From Dictyostelium discoideum (lineage: Eukaryota): a DNA stretch of 64,000 bases. The stretch lies in assembly GCA_000004695.1 (NCBI GenBank), contig CM000151.3, forward strand, positions 8,032,001 to 8,096,000, in the 5' to 3' direction. The position numbers and the translations under genes are program-made. Shown here in pieces: positions 1 to 11,661 of the stretch. Under the pieces are notes generated by a model, which was not told where the DNA came from, did not search any database, and saw only the letters and a program-made list of their open reading frames with translations. Each line of letters starts with the position of its first letter. The first letter of the stretch is position 1.

Positions 1-216
1 TCCAAAAAATATCATTTTGATTTTATTTTAATTTTATTTTTTTTATTTTTTTTTTATTTTTATTTTTTTTTTTTTTATTTTTTTTATTTTTTTTTTAATC
101 CAAAAGTTTTTTTGAAATTTACAAAAAGTTTTTTTTTTTTTTATTCATTTTTTATTTTTATTTTTATTTTTAAGACGAAAAGATATATAAATATTTAAAC
201 AAAAAAAAAAAACAAT

Positions 217-765
217 ATGGTAAGTTTCTCTTTTTTTTATTTTTATTTCTTTATTTTTTTATTATTTATTTCTTTTTTATTTTATTTTCACGCACACACA
301 CACCTGAAATAAATAAATTAATAATGAAAATTTCTGATAATAAATTATCCCCCCACCATAGTTGTACTTGTTTAATAATAATAAATAAACAATCGATAAA
401 TCAATTATCATAAAATTTAGTACACCTTAATCTTCCAGAATGATTTTTTTTATTTTTTTGTTTTTTTTTTTTTTTTTTTTTTTCCAAATTTTTATTTTTT
501 AATTATTTTTTTTTTATTTTTTTTATTTTTTTTTTTTTTATTATTTTATTTTTTTTTTTGTCGCTTAACAGTACTGAAATTTAAAAGGAAATTTTTTTTT
601 TTTCATTTATTTAATTTTAAACAAAGAGTGGATATTTTCTAAAAAAAATAAAAATAAAAATGGAAATGGTACATATTAAAATTCATTTTGACAAAAAAAG
701 AAAAAAAATAATACACTCACAAAAAATCAATAAGAGTTTTTTTTTTTTTATTTATTTATTTATTT

Positions 766-834
<69 letters not shown>

Positions 835-1990
835 AATTATTACTAATATATTTATTAATATATTTATTATTTATTTTAATATTTTATAGGAAGGATTTGA
901 TCATGTTACATTTTGGGTTGGTAATGCATTACAAGCAGCAACTTATTACATTGCTAGATTTGGATTTCAAAATTTAGCTTATAGTGGTTTAGAAACTGGT
1001 AATCGTCAATTCGCCACTCATGTTATCCATCAAAACAACATTATTATGGCTTTTACATCACCATTAACTGGTGACAACAAAGATTATGCAGACCACATGA
1101 TGAGACATGGTGATGGTGTCAAAGATATTGCTTTCAACGTTAAAGATGTACAACACATTTATGATGAAGCAGTTAAAGCAGGAGCTCAATCAGTTAAAGA
1201 ACCACATCAAATTAAAGACGAACATGGTATTGTTACATTAGCAACTATCATGAGTCCATATGGTGAAACTACACATACTTTTGTTGATAGATCTCAATAT
1301 AAAGGTGCATTCTTACCAGGTTTCACATACAAGGTCGCTTCAGATCCATTATCAAATATCACCGAACCAGTTGGCCTCAACTTAATAGATCATGTCGTTT
1401 CAAATCATGCAGATAAAATGATGGAACCAGTCGTTCAATGGTACGAAAAGGTTTTACAATTCCACCGTTTCTGGTCAGTTGATGACAAAACCATTCATAC
1501 CGAATATTCATCATTAAGATCAGTCGTAGTTGCTGATAAGTCTGAAAAAGTTAAATTACCAATTAATGAACCAGCCAATGGTATTAGAAAGAGTCAAATT
1601 CAAGAATACGTAGATTTCTACAATGGTGCTGGTGTTCAACATATCGCCTTAAAGACTGATAACATCATTGATGCTATCTCAAAATTAAGATCTCGTGGTG
1701 TCTCTTTCCTCACTGTTCCAAAAACATACTATACATCACTCAGAGAGAAATTACAACACTCTTCATTAGAAATTAAAGAAGATTTGGACACTTTAGAGAA
1801 ATTACACATTTTAATCGATTATGATGACAAAGGTTATCTTTTACAAATCTTTACAAATAATGTTGAAGATAAACCAACTGTTTTCTTTGAAATTATCCAA
1901 AGAAACAACCATGATGGTTTCGGTGCTGGTAACTTTAAATCCCTCTTTGAAGCAATCGAAAGACAACAAGAAACTCGTGGAAACTTATAG
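217..1990 (+). CDS. hpd: 4-hydroxyphenylpyruvate dioxygenase. Proposed structure is join(217..219,890..1990), 367 codons. Exon 1 is ATG alone, followed by a GTAAGT intron.
   Basis: The 890..1990 reading frame encodes EGFDHVTFWVGNALQAA...HRFWSVDD...GFGAGNFKSLFEAIE...RGNL. These are the HPPD signature blocks and the C-terminal end. The frame is open from 890, immediately after an AG that is part of a TAG stop, with no in-frame ATG before 1046. ATGgtaagt at 217 has a typical A-rich start context. The inferred intron, 220..889, is unusually long (670 nt). An alternative first exon is ATGGAAATG at 660 with a non-canonical GTACAT donor. Confidence 0.8.
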
Positions 1991-2221
1991 GTGTGTCTCA
2001 ATTACAAATGTTCTTTATTATTAACTAAATAACATTACAATATATCAAAATAAATAATAAATAAATACTCTATTTAAAAAGTAATTTTTTAATAGTAAAC
2101 AAATTAAAAAAAAAAAAAAAAACAAAAAATTATCTCCTTTAAACATTTTAATTTCTTCTTTATTTATAAACAATGTGTTACAAATTATTACAACCCCAAT
2201 TTCAACATATTATTGAATTAT

Positions 2222-2262
2222 AAGTTGGATTGGACACTTTAGAGAAATTACACATTTTAATA
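2222..2262 (+). pseudogene. Short internal hpd fragment, a copy of hpd about 1785-1815, embedded in the hpd 3' flank
   Basis: The string ggattggacactttagagaaattacacattttaat nearly duplicates the hpd coding sequence gatttggacactttagagaaattacacattttaat. Confidence 0.5.
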
Positions 2263-2297
2263 AGTTATAATATTTTATTAATTATTTATTTGTTTAT

Positions 2298-3225
2298 TTA
2301 TAATAATTTAATGAAATCAAATGTTTGAACATCGTTAGTATTGGTTACAGATTTGAAAGTGATAACGATATTACCAGATTCAAATGACCATGACCAATGA
2401 GCGTTCAAGTTAGCATCATGTTTAATGACGATTGTATGATTTGTAGTTGCTTCTTGAACTGCTTCTAAGATCATTTCATCAGCACAACGTTTGGCAAGAT
2501 TAGCAGCGACCTTTTCGACGATACCAGCAAAGATATGACCAAAACTATTCTTTAAATCATCTGCAACTTTTGGATAAACAGTTTCTAATGATGATTCATC
2601 AATTGACCAATCTGATGATGATTTTAATGCTTTTTTAACTGCTGATAAATTATCTTTCATTTTTTGTTCATTTGTTTTAATATTTAAACGAGTCATTAAA
2701 GTATAAACACCTTGAGTTGGAATAATAGTCTCTAATTTGAATGTGTTAACATCATTTGTGTTACAAATCTTTGGACGGAATAAAACTCTACAATCACCAT
2801 TCTCAAATTGATATTTCCAATAGGATTCCAACTTTTCATCAGCACAAACAAAAACGAATTTCTTATTTGGAACAGCTGCTAAAAATGCTTCTTTAATTAA
2901 TGGATCTGCACCGACTTTTACCATATTCTTTGCAAGATTACCAACTACATCTTTGTAAAAGATACTTCCACAACTATTAGTAACCCATGAATCATTACAT
3001 TTAGTAATAATATCTTCAAAATCAAATTCAATTGAAAATGGTTCACCTAATGATTTTTCGATTGATGCTAAATTAGTTTTTAAAGATTCTTCATTATCTT
3101 TTAATGATTTTCTATAAATATTATAAATTTAATTATTAATTAATATTTATATTAATTATTAAATGGAATATAATTATTATTATTTTTATTATTTATATTT
3201 ACCTTGAGGTTAAGGCGAGAGGCAT
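2298..3225 (-). CDS. 278-aa two-domain paralog, copy 1. Structure is complement(join(2298..3111,3203..3225)).
   Basis: Exon 1 is ATGCCTCTCGCCTTAACCTCAAG followed by gt. A 91-nt intron ends in tatag. Exon 2 encodes KSLKDNEESLKTNLASIEKSLGEPFS... through ...FDFIKLL. The ORF track begins later only because TTA replaces the TTG start used in the other copies. Hand translation gives an uninterrupted frame. Confidence 0.75.
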
Positions 3226-3901
3226 TTTAAAAGTTTTTTTTTTATTAATATTGAAATATTATTTAGTTTAAGGTTTTTGTTTTGAATTATTTGGTAATAA
3301 AAAAAAAAAAAAAAAAATATTCACATTTTTATACTTAAAAAATAGAAAAAAATTAGATTAAAAAAATCCAGAAATATTTAAAAATATTAAATAAAAAATA
3401 TAATTATGAATTTTAAGAATGTAATTGGAATAGTTTTTTTTTTTTTTTAAAAAAATATCTTGTTTTTTTGTTTTAAAAAAAAAAAAAATATTTTAATTTG
3501 TATTTTTTTATTTTTTTTTTTTTTTTTTGGATCGGGTATCTTTAAAAAAAAAAAAAATTGATAATAAGATAATTTTTAAATTTTAATTTATTTTGTTACG
3601 AAATGAATTAAATTCATTATATATATAAATGTGTATTTTTTTTTTTTTTATTATTTATTTTAATTATTTGAATATAATGAGTTTAAAATAAACTATGGTT
3701 TGCCATATCGAAGTTTATTAAAAAATAAAAAAAGACTTAAAAAATTAAATTTGAAAAATAATAAAAAATAATAACAATTCCGTCCATTCAATTAAAAAAA
3801 AAAAAAAGATATGAATAGATATAGATAATTTAAAAAACTAAATTAAAATGTGAAATTTTATTTTTAAATGATTAATTTAAATTATTTTCTTTTATCTAGA
3901 A

Positions 3902-4020
3902 ATTGTCCAAAGAAACAATCATGATGGTTTCGGTGGTTGTAACTATAAGTCTCTCTTTGAGAAAATCGAGGAAAGTTATAATAAATTACAATCATGGTCT
4001 CAATTACAAAAGTTCCTTAT
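3902..4020 (+). pseudogene. 3'-terminal hpd fragment, about the last 100 coding nt plus stop, diverged. It marks a segmental duplication breakpoint.
   Basis: aaattgtccaaagaaacaatcatgatggtttcggtggttgtaactataagtctctctttgag... aligns with hpd 1890-1990 (gaaattatccaaagaaacaaccatgatggtttcggtgctggtaactttaaatccctctttgaagc...). The next 160 nt align with the hpd 3'UTR. Confidence 0.7.
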
Positions 4021-4178
4021 TATTGGTTGAATATCAATATAAATTAATACTCTATTTAAAAATAATTTTTTAATAGTAAACTAACAAAAAAAAAATCAAA
4101 AAACAATCACCTTTTTATACTTTTAATTTCTTCTTTATTTTTTAACAATGTGTTTAATAATATTAGTAGCTTTTTTAT

Positions 4179-5106
4179 TTATAATAATTTAATGAAATCA
4201 AATGTTTGAACATCGTTAGTATTGGTTACAGATTTGAAAGTGATAACGATATTACCAGATTCAAATGACCATGACCAATGAGCATTCAAGTTAGCATCAT
4301 GTTTAATTACGATTGTATGATTTGTAGTTGCTTCTTGAACTGCTTCTAAGATCATTTCATCAGCACAACGTTTGGCGAGATTTGCAGCGACCTTTTCGAC
4401 GATACCAGCAAAGATATGACCAAAACTATTCTTTAAGTCGTCAGCAACTTTTGGATAAACAGTTTCTAATGATGATTCATCAATTGACCAATCTGATGAT
4501 GATTTTAATGCTTTTTTAACTGCTGATAAATTATCTTTCATTTTTTGTTCATTTGTTTTAATATTTAAACGAGTCATTAAAGTATAAACACCTTGAGATG
4601 GAATGATTGTTTCTAATTTGAATGTGTTAACATCATTTGTGTTACAAATCTTTGGACGGAATAAAATTCTACAATCACCATTCTCAAATTGATATTTCCA
4701 ATAGGATTCCAACTTTTCATCAGCACAAACAAAAACGAATTTCTTATTTGGAACAGCTGCTAAAAATGCTTCTTTAACTAATGAATCTGCACCGACTTTT
4801 ACCATATTCTTTGCAAGATTACCAACTACATCTTTATAAAAGATACTTCCACAACTATTAGTAACCCATGAATCGTTACATTTAGTAATAATATCTTCAA
4901 AATCAAATTCAATTGAAAATGGTTCACCCAATGATTTTTCGATTGATGCTAAATTAGTTTTTAAAGATTCTTCATTATCTTTTAATGATTTTCTAAAAAT
5001 AAAATAAAATAAATTATTAATTAAAATTTATATTAATTATTAAATGAAGCATTATTATTATTATTTTTATTATTTATATTTACCTTGAGGTTAAGGCGAG
5101 AGGCAT
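4179..5106 (-). CDS. 278-aa two-domain paralog, copy 2. Structure is complement(join(4179..4992,5084..5106)).
   Basis: Same two-exon structure as copy 1: MPLALTSR, intron, KSLKDNEESLK..., with the track ORF 4179..4931. It carries the inner-copy variants SLVKEAF and IIPSQGVY. Confidence 0.8.
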
Positions 5107-5398
5107 TTTAAAAGTTTTTTTTTTATTAATATTAAAATATTATTTATTAGTTTAAGGTTTTTGTTTTGAATTATTTGATAATAAAAAAAAAAAAAAAAAA
5201 ATTTACATTTTTATACTTATGAAATTAGAAAAAAAATAGATTAAAATCCAGAAATATTTAAAAATATCAAAAAAAACAAATAAAATTATTAATTTTAAGA
5301 ATGTAATTGGAATGGTTTTATTTTTTTTTTACACTTATAAATTAGAAAAAAAATAGATTTGAAAATATCTAGATTTTTTTTTTTTTTTTTTTTTTTGG

Positions 5399-5429
<31 letters not shown>

Positions 5430-5542
5430 AATATCTTAATTTGTTTTATTTTTTTTTTTTTTTTTTTTTTTTTTGGGTTGGTGTGCTTTAAAAAAAACAA
5501 AAAATAACAATGAAAAAAATAAACTCTTTTTGGGTTGAGGTG

Positions 5543-5579
<37 letters not shown>

Positions 5580-5640
5580 TGAACAGATAATTTCAAACAC
5601 TAAATTAAAATATGAAATTTTATTTTTTAAATGTTTAATT

Positions 5641-6672
5641 TCAATTATTTCTTTTTTCTAAATTAATTTTAAATTCGTTTGGTTTAAAAGAGAAACCAAA
5701 TATAGGTTTATCACAAATCTTTGAATTTTCAATTAAAGGTAATAGCTTAAAGTTTAAAACAAGGTTTGAAAGTGAAATGTATAATTCATCTTGAGAGAAA
5801 CCCATACCAATACAATTTTTAACACCAATTCCATATGGAAAATAATTATTTGAATGAGAATCTTGATCAAGGAATCTCTCTGGTTTAAATTGGTCAGGTG
5901 AATCCCAATAGTTTTCATCTCTAAATATTGAATAAAGTGATTGAATGATTTGAGTACCTTTTGGAATTTTCAAAGATCCACCATTAATTTCAAATGATTG
6001 ATTTACTTGACGAGGTACACCAAATGGTACAGGTGGATATAATCTCAAAACTTCTTTTAAAGCTGCATTAAATAATGGTGTTTGATTTCTATTTGAAAGT
6101 TTAATCATCGCTGTTGTCGTTTCCAATGTTGATTTTAATTCATTATAAATTTTATCTTGATAATCAAGATTATTTACCATTGTTAAAATGAACCATTCAG
6201 CAGTACTTGAATTTGTTTCTGTGCCAGCTAAAATTAATTCATTTACCATTGGGATGATTGAACTTTGTTCTTCTTTACCACCAACTTTTCTATATTCAAT
6301 AATCAATGAATCCAAAACATCTCTTGCATTATTTAAATCAATTGATTCAGAATGTTCTAAATAATATTTTGTTAAAATCTTTTTCAAAGAATCTGCTGGA
6401 TGACCAAACATTTTTAAATATAAAAAATAGAATGGTTTTGTAAATATTAAATAATTTACAATTAATGTATCTGCTAAATAATCAAATAATTCTCTAATTG
6501 CTAATAAAACTTTTCCTTGTTCTTCATTTACACCTTCATAAATATTTTCAATACGTCTTGAAAATACATAATCAAAAATAATATTTGAATAAAAGTTCAT
6601 AAAATTTGATCTTGGTGAAAACTTTTAAAAAAAAAAAAAAAAAAAATTAATAAACCAAGTAATGTTTTTAAC

Positions 6673-6727
<55 letters not shown>

Positions 6728-7242
6728 GTACTACTTACAGATTGACCAGATTTTTCAATAAATTTCATATATGTAATTAAATCAATTGTTTCTTTTTCTA
6801 TTGAAGATGAAAGTGATTTAACTTTTCTACCAGTAAATGATTTCATTAAAATATCACGATGAAATTGCCAATAATTTTCATCGGCAGTGACAATACCTCT
6901 AAATCTATTTCCTATTACATTTGTTGATGGTGATTTAACTCTTGTATTTAATGATTCTGGATTCTTTAAATAAATTTCTTTCATTGTATTTGTATCATAA
7001 ATTGCCAATGTCAATTGATCACAAAACCAATATTTGATTATTTTACCATTGTTATCACCATCTTTATATAGTTTACTATCATTTTGAAATACTAAATGTG
7101 TATCATCTTTTAAATGTAATAATGAACCTACTAATGGTAATGCCAAGGGTCCTTTAAATTGTCTATTACTAAAATTTTTATATAAAAAATCAAAAATTAA
7201 ATAAAAAATTATTGAAATTATTAAAATAATTAAAATTGACAT
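5641..7242 (-). CDS. Cytochrome P450 monooxygenase. Structure is complement(join(5641..6621,6739..7242)), about 494 aa.
   Basis: N-terminal membrane anchor MSILIILIISIIFYLIF... Exon 1 ends GQS then GTAAGT. The 117-nt intron ends ttttaaaag. Exon 2 carries the I-helix AGTETNSSTAEW, EVLRLYPPVP (ExxR), FKPERF and the heme loop FPYGIGVKNCIGMGF. Confidence 0.8.
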
Positions 7243-7643
7243 TTTAATATGCTTTGGTATCTTATAAAAAATAAAAAAATAAAAAATAAAAAAAAAAAAC
7301 AAAAAAAAAAAAAAAAAAAAAGGTGAAAGAAAAAAAAAAAAAAATATCTAAACTACTGTAAAAAAAAAAAATAAAAAAAAAATAAAAATAAAATAAATCT
7401 TTTTTTGGTTAAAAAACTAATTTTAAACATTGTTATAAATCTAAAATTTTCCATATGGTAAATAAAAAAAAAAAAATAATAATAATTCAAAAAACAAATA
7501 TAAATTATAAAAGATTATAAAATTCTTAAAAATTAAAAATGTTTTTTTTTTTTTTTTTTTTTATTATTATATTATTATTTAAATAAATAGATATATTACA
7601 AATTTTTATTTTTTATATATTATTAATTAATTAATTAATTAAT

Positions 7644-10189
7644 TTATCTAATTAATTCAATTAAAGAATTTTGTTGAAATTTACCAAAATTTCTAGCATA
7701 ATTATCTAATTCTCTAATCAATAATGGTGAATTAATTCTAATTTTTTTTAAAGTTTCATTTTTTGTATTTAAAATTTTAAATAAATCGAAATCGATTTGA
7801 CTAATAGTATCCATACAAATTCTTTTTAATCTTTTAACCATGAAACCATCGGCAACTTGCATTAGAATACAAATATTATCAAATGAAGTTAAAGTTTCTT
7901 CAAAATTTAAAATATCTTCTTTCTTTAATTTTTGTTGATTTCCATCGATGTTATTTGTTGTTTTTGGAACATTTTTTAATAAAATTTCATTATTTGATAA
8001 AACCATTTGTTCCAAATGATATTCACAAAGATATTTTAAATCTTCAATCATGAATCTATCAGCCAAACAAAGTATATCTATAGCATTATCATCATTGATA
8101 ATCTCTTCATTATTACCATAGATATATTGAAGTAATAGTTTGAAAGTTTCTTTGGAAGAGATATCATTTTCATCTTTACCACTTACAATGAATTCCATTT
8201 GATCCTTCTCTTTGAATGAACATTCAAACATTGTTTTAAAATAAAGATTTCTTTGAGTTAAAATGAATTTATGAGCGTAAATTGAAGAGGTATCAGATTC
8301 TTTGATTTTGAATGAAATATCAGCTTTGGTTAATTCATCAACTGCTTGAATTAATTGTTTACTAAATTCTGAAGGTGGTATTTTCTCGGTGAGTCTTAAT
8401 CTATAGGTATAACGTTTACAAATGGCTGATAATCTTTCAATTCCCATCTTTTCAGCATATTTACCCAATTCAATTCTTAAATGTGGTGCAATCACTAAAT
8501 GATCAGTATATAAATATTGTAAAAAACCAATGAAAATTTGATATTTAACTGAATTGCCTAAATCAATAATTTTAATTTCTTCACCATTTTCATTAAATTC
8601 TTTTTCTTCTTCTTTTTCTTCTTCTTTTTCTTCCTTAGCCACAACAACTTGTTTATTATTTGAATATTGATTAATAAATCTTGATGAAAATAAAATTATT
8701 GAATATAATTTTTGGCAACGTGATTTTATAAATAATGAATGAGAATAAATTTTCTTATCTTGAACTTTAAATATTAAATCTGCATACTTCTTTTCATTAA
8801 TTAATGATTTATAATCATAAGCAAATGAAGTTACATCGGAACATCTTACAACGATTGTATGTTTTTCACCGGCTGTGATCGATGCAATTTCTTCACCAGA
8901 TAGAGAAGTGATTAATTGTGGTACCAATTGAAATCTTTTATTACCTAAACCCAATGCACCAGAACTACCCCAACCCCATTGATAAACTTCATTCTCATCA
9001 GTTACAACGATTGTATGTAAATGACCACATGCTACATTTTTAATTTTTTTAGTTTCTAATGATTTAACCACTATTGGTATTGAATATTTGAAATGATTAT
9101 CTCTTCCACCGAAATCCAAATGTTGAGTTTCTTCTGTGCTACCCAATTGACCATATTCTCCATGACCAAATGCATACAATAGACCTTGGACGCTTCTAAC
9201 CATAGTGAAATTGGAACCACATGCAACTTGAGCTATTCTTTCATTTAATTCTACAAACTGTTGAATTTTCTTTGGATGAAGGTAACTCTTTACATTACCA
9301 TGACCCAATTGACCGAAAACACCAAGTCCCCAACTATAAACTTCACCTTGATCGGTGATGGCACAAATATGTTGACGACCACATACAACACTAACAATGT
9401 TCACATCGATTAATGTTTTCACCAATTGTGGTGTAGAATGAAACCAACGATTACCTAAACCCAATTGACCCTTTTCATTGAATCCCCATGTATATAAACG
9501 ACCAGATTTAGTAACGGCTGCACTAAATGCCCAACCACCACTCACATCTACCACTTCCTCTGGTATATCTTGAATTTGCATTGGAATGGTTTGATTTAAA
9601 TCAATGATTTTACCCAAATGCTTACTCTTTGATTGTGCACTATTGGATGCTTCCTTATCTTCATCATCATCCTTTGGTTTTGTACCACCATTGGCATCGT
9701 ATGCCTTCTTTTCACCCGATAGATATTGTGAAACTGATGCCTCTATAATTCTTTGAGATGATAATCTTGGCATTTCAATTAAACCATTGGTTGATTGTAT
9801 ATCCAATGATGATTGTGACTCGTCTAATCGATGTAGTTGACCCCATTCATAAACTTTACCCATATCAGTCAATGCTAAACTATGAAAATTACCACATGCT
9901 ACCTTTATAATTCTTTCATGTTGTAAACTTTTAATCAATGTTGGTTTTGCTACAAACATTACTTTATCACTACCACCATACCCTTGACCAATACCTAATT
10001 GACCTTCTTTTGATCTACCCCATGAATAAACATCTCCAAATCTTGATACAGCCAATGAATGTGCTTCACCTGATACTGTTTGTATAATTCTTTTACCTAA
10101 TAATCCTTCAATAACTGTTGGTTCTAAACATTCTTTAATTGAATCATGTCCTAACTGCCCATTTTTTGATTGTCCAACACTTAAAACTA

Positions 10190-10225
<36 letters not shown>

Positions 10226-10303
10226 ATGATTAATATAATTTATGTTGAACATTCAGAAAATAGTAAAAATAAAAAAAATAAAAATAAAAAAACTTACCTG
10301 ACA
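7644..10303 (-). CDS. RCC1-repeat plus double BTB-domain protein (RCBTB-like). Structure is complement(join(7644..10186,10297..10303)), 849 aa, with a 7-nt first exon ATGTCAG.
   Basis: Repeated YSWG...GQLG RCC1 blades. Two BTB-like blocks (ADLIFKVQDKKIYSHSLFIKSRC and ISFKIKESDTSSIYAHKFIL). The track M at 10055 is a TTG. The frame stays open upstream to an acceptor tttattag at 10187-88. The upstream exon ATGTCAG then gtaagt lies at 10303-10291. Confidence 0.7.
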
Positions 10304-11017
10304 TTTTATTATTTTTATTTTAATATTATATTTATATTTATGTTTATATGTTTTTTATTTGTTTTGATAATTTTTAATAAATTTTTTTTTTTTTTTTTTT
10401 TTAACTTTATTTTTTTTTTTTGTAAAATTAAATTTAAAAAAATAAAATAAATTAAAAATTAAATTTTAGAATTCTATAGAAAGAATTTTTCCTTTTATAG
10501 TAAGTTTTTGTTTTTTTTATTTTTGTTGTTTTTATAAAAAAAAAAAGGTTTTTGTTTTATTATTATTTTTGTTTTTTTATTTTTATTTTTGTTTTTTTTT
10601 ATTATAAAAGAAAAATGGATTTGAAAATAAATATTTTAAAAAAATTAAAATTAATTTTATGAAAAAAAAAAAATATTGAGTATGAGTGAATTAATAATCA
10701 ATAATGAAAATAAAAAAAAAAAAAAAAACTAATTCGTCTTTCTTTTTAAATTAAAAAAAAAAAAATAAAAACCAATTATTTATTATTTTTTATTTTTATC
10801 TTTTTTTTATTATTTTTTTTATATCAAGTAAATTAAATTATTATACCAAGTAAATAAAATAATACCCCAATAAAATGATAAAGTTCTTCTCAATTTCAAA
10901 GAATGTACCTGTTTTTTATTGATAAAATTTGAAAAATTAAAAAAAAAAAAAATAAAATTAGAAAAAAAATATTTTTTTTAATTTTATTTTCATTTTTTTT
11001 TATTTAATTTTTTTTTT

Positions 11018-11058
<41 letters not shown>

Positions 11059-11661
11059 TAATTTTTCAAAAATTGAGATATTTATTTCGCATATGTTTTA
11101 GTAAAAATAAGCCAAAATTAGTTTTTGGGTTTTGTTGGCATTTGTTTGTTTTTTGAGTATTAATTACATTTTTTAGTTTGAATATTTTTTTATTATTATT
11201 ATTATTTTTATTTGTTATTTATTATTATTGTTATTATTATTATTTTTTTTTTTTTTTGAGTTTTTCATTTTTGTGTTGCAAAACACAAATAAAAAAACAT
11301 GTCACACACCCATTCAGTTTATAATAAAAAAAAAAAAAAAAAAAAAGAAAAAAAAAGAAAATAAAAAAAAGTGGGATTTTCATTTTTTTTTTTTTTTTTT
11401 TTTCAATCATTTATTTTTATTTTTGTCATCAACATATTAATATATAATTATTTTTAAATCTCGTTTTAATAATTCCCCACTTTTTTTGTTTTTTTTTTTT
11501 TTTGCATAATTAATTTTAATTTTTATTTTTTTTTTCTGTACATATAATTTATTAAAAAAAATAAAAATAAAAAATAAAAAATAAAAATATAAAATAAAAA
11601 AAAAAAAAAAAAAAAAAATAAAATAATATAAAATAAAAAAAAAAAAAAAAAAAAAAAAAAA

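Larger units (their letters stand above)
2100..5110. repeat. Left arm of the inverted segmental duplication. Two tandem units, each consisting of an hpd 3' fragment, a spacer and a 278-aa gene.
   Basis: Coding identity between copies is about 97-99 percent. The intergenic spacers are also alignable across copies, for example the tccagaaatatttaaaaatat and gaatgtaattggaat blocks. Confidence 0.8.

Noticed and set aside
660-977. 105-aa ORF rich in poly-Phe
   Set aside because: It lies inside the inferred hpd intron. It is a translation of a T-homopolymer run and has no protein-like composition.
4328-4519. 63-aa ORFs antisense to the 278-aa paralogs (also 16250..16441 and 18059..18250)
   Set aside because: They are mirror-frame artefacts of a conserved coding region. 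They are conserved only because the sense gene is conserved.
10055-10055. Track start codons shown as M at 10055, 17647, 23485, 61604 and 36491
   Set aside because: These are TTG or GTG codons reported under a bacterial start table. In each case the eukaryotic frame continues upstream to a splice acceptor.
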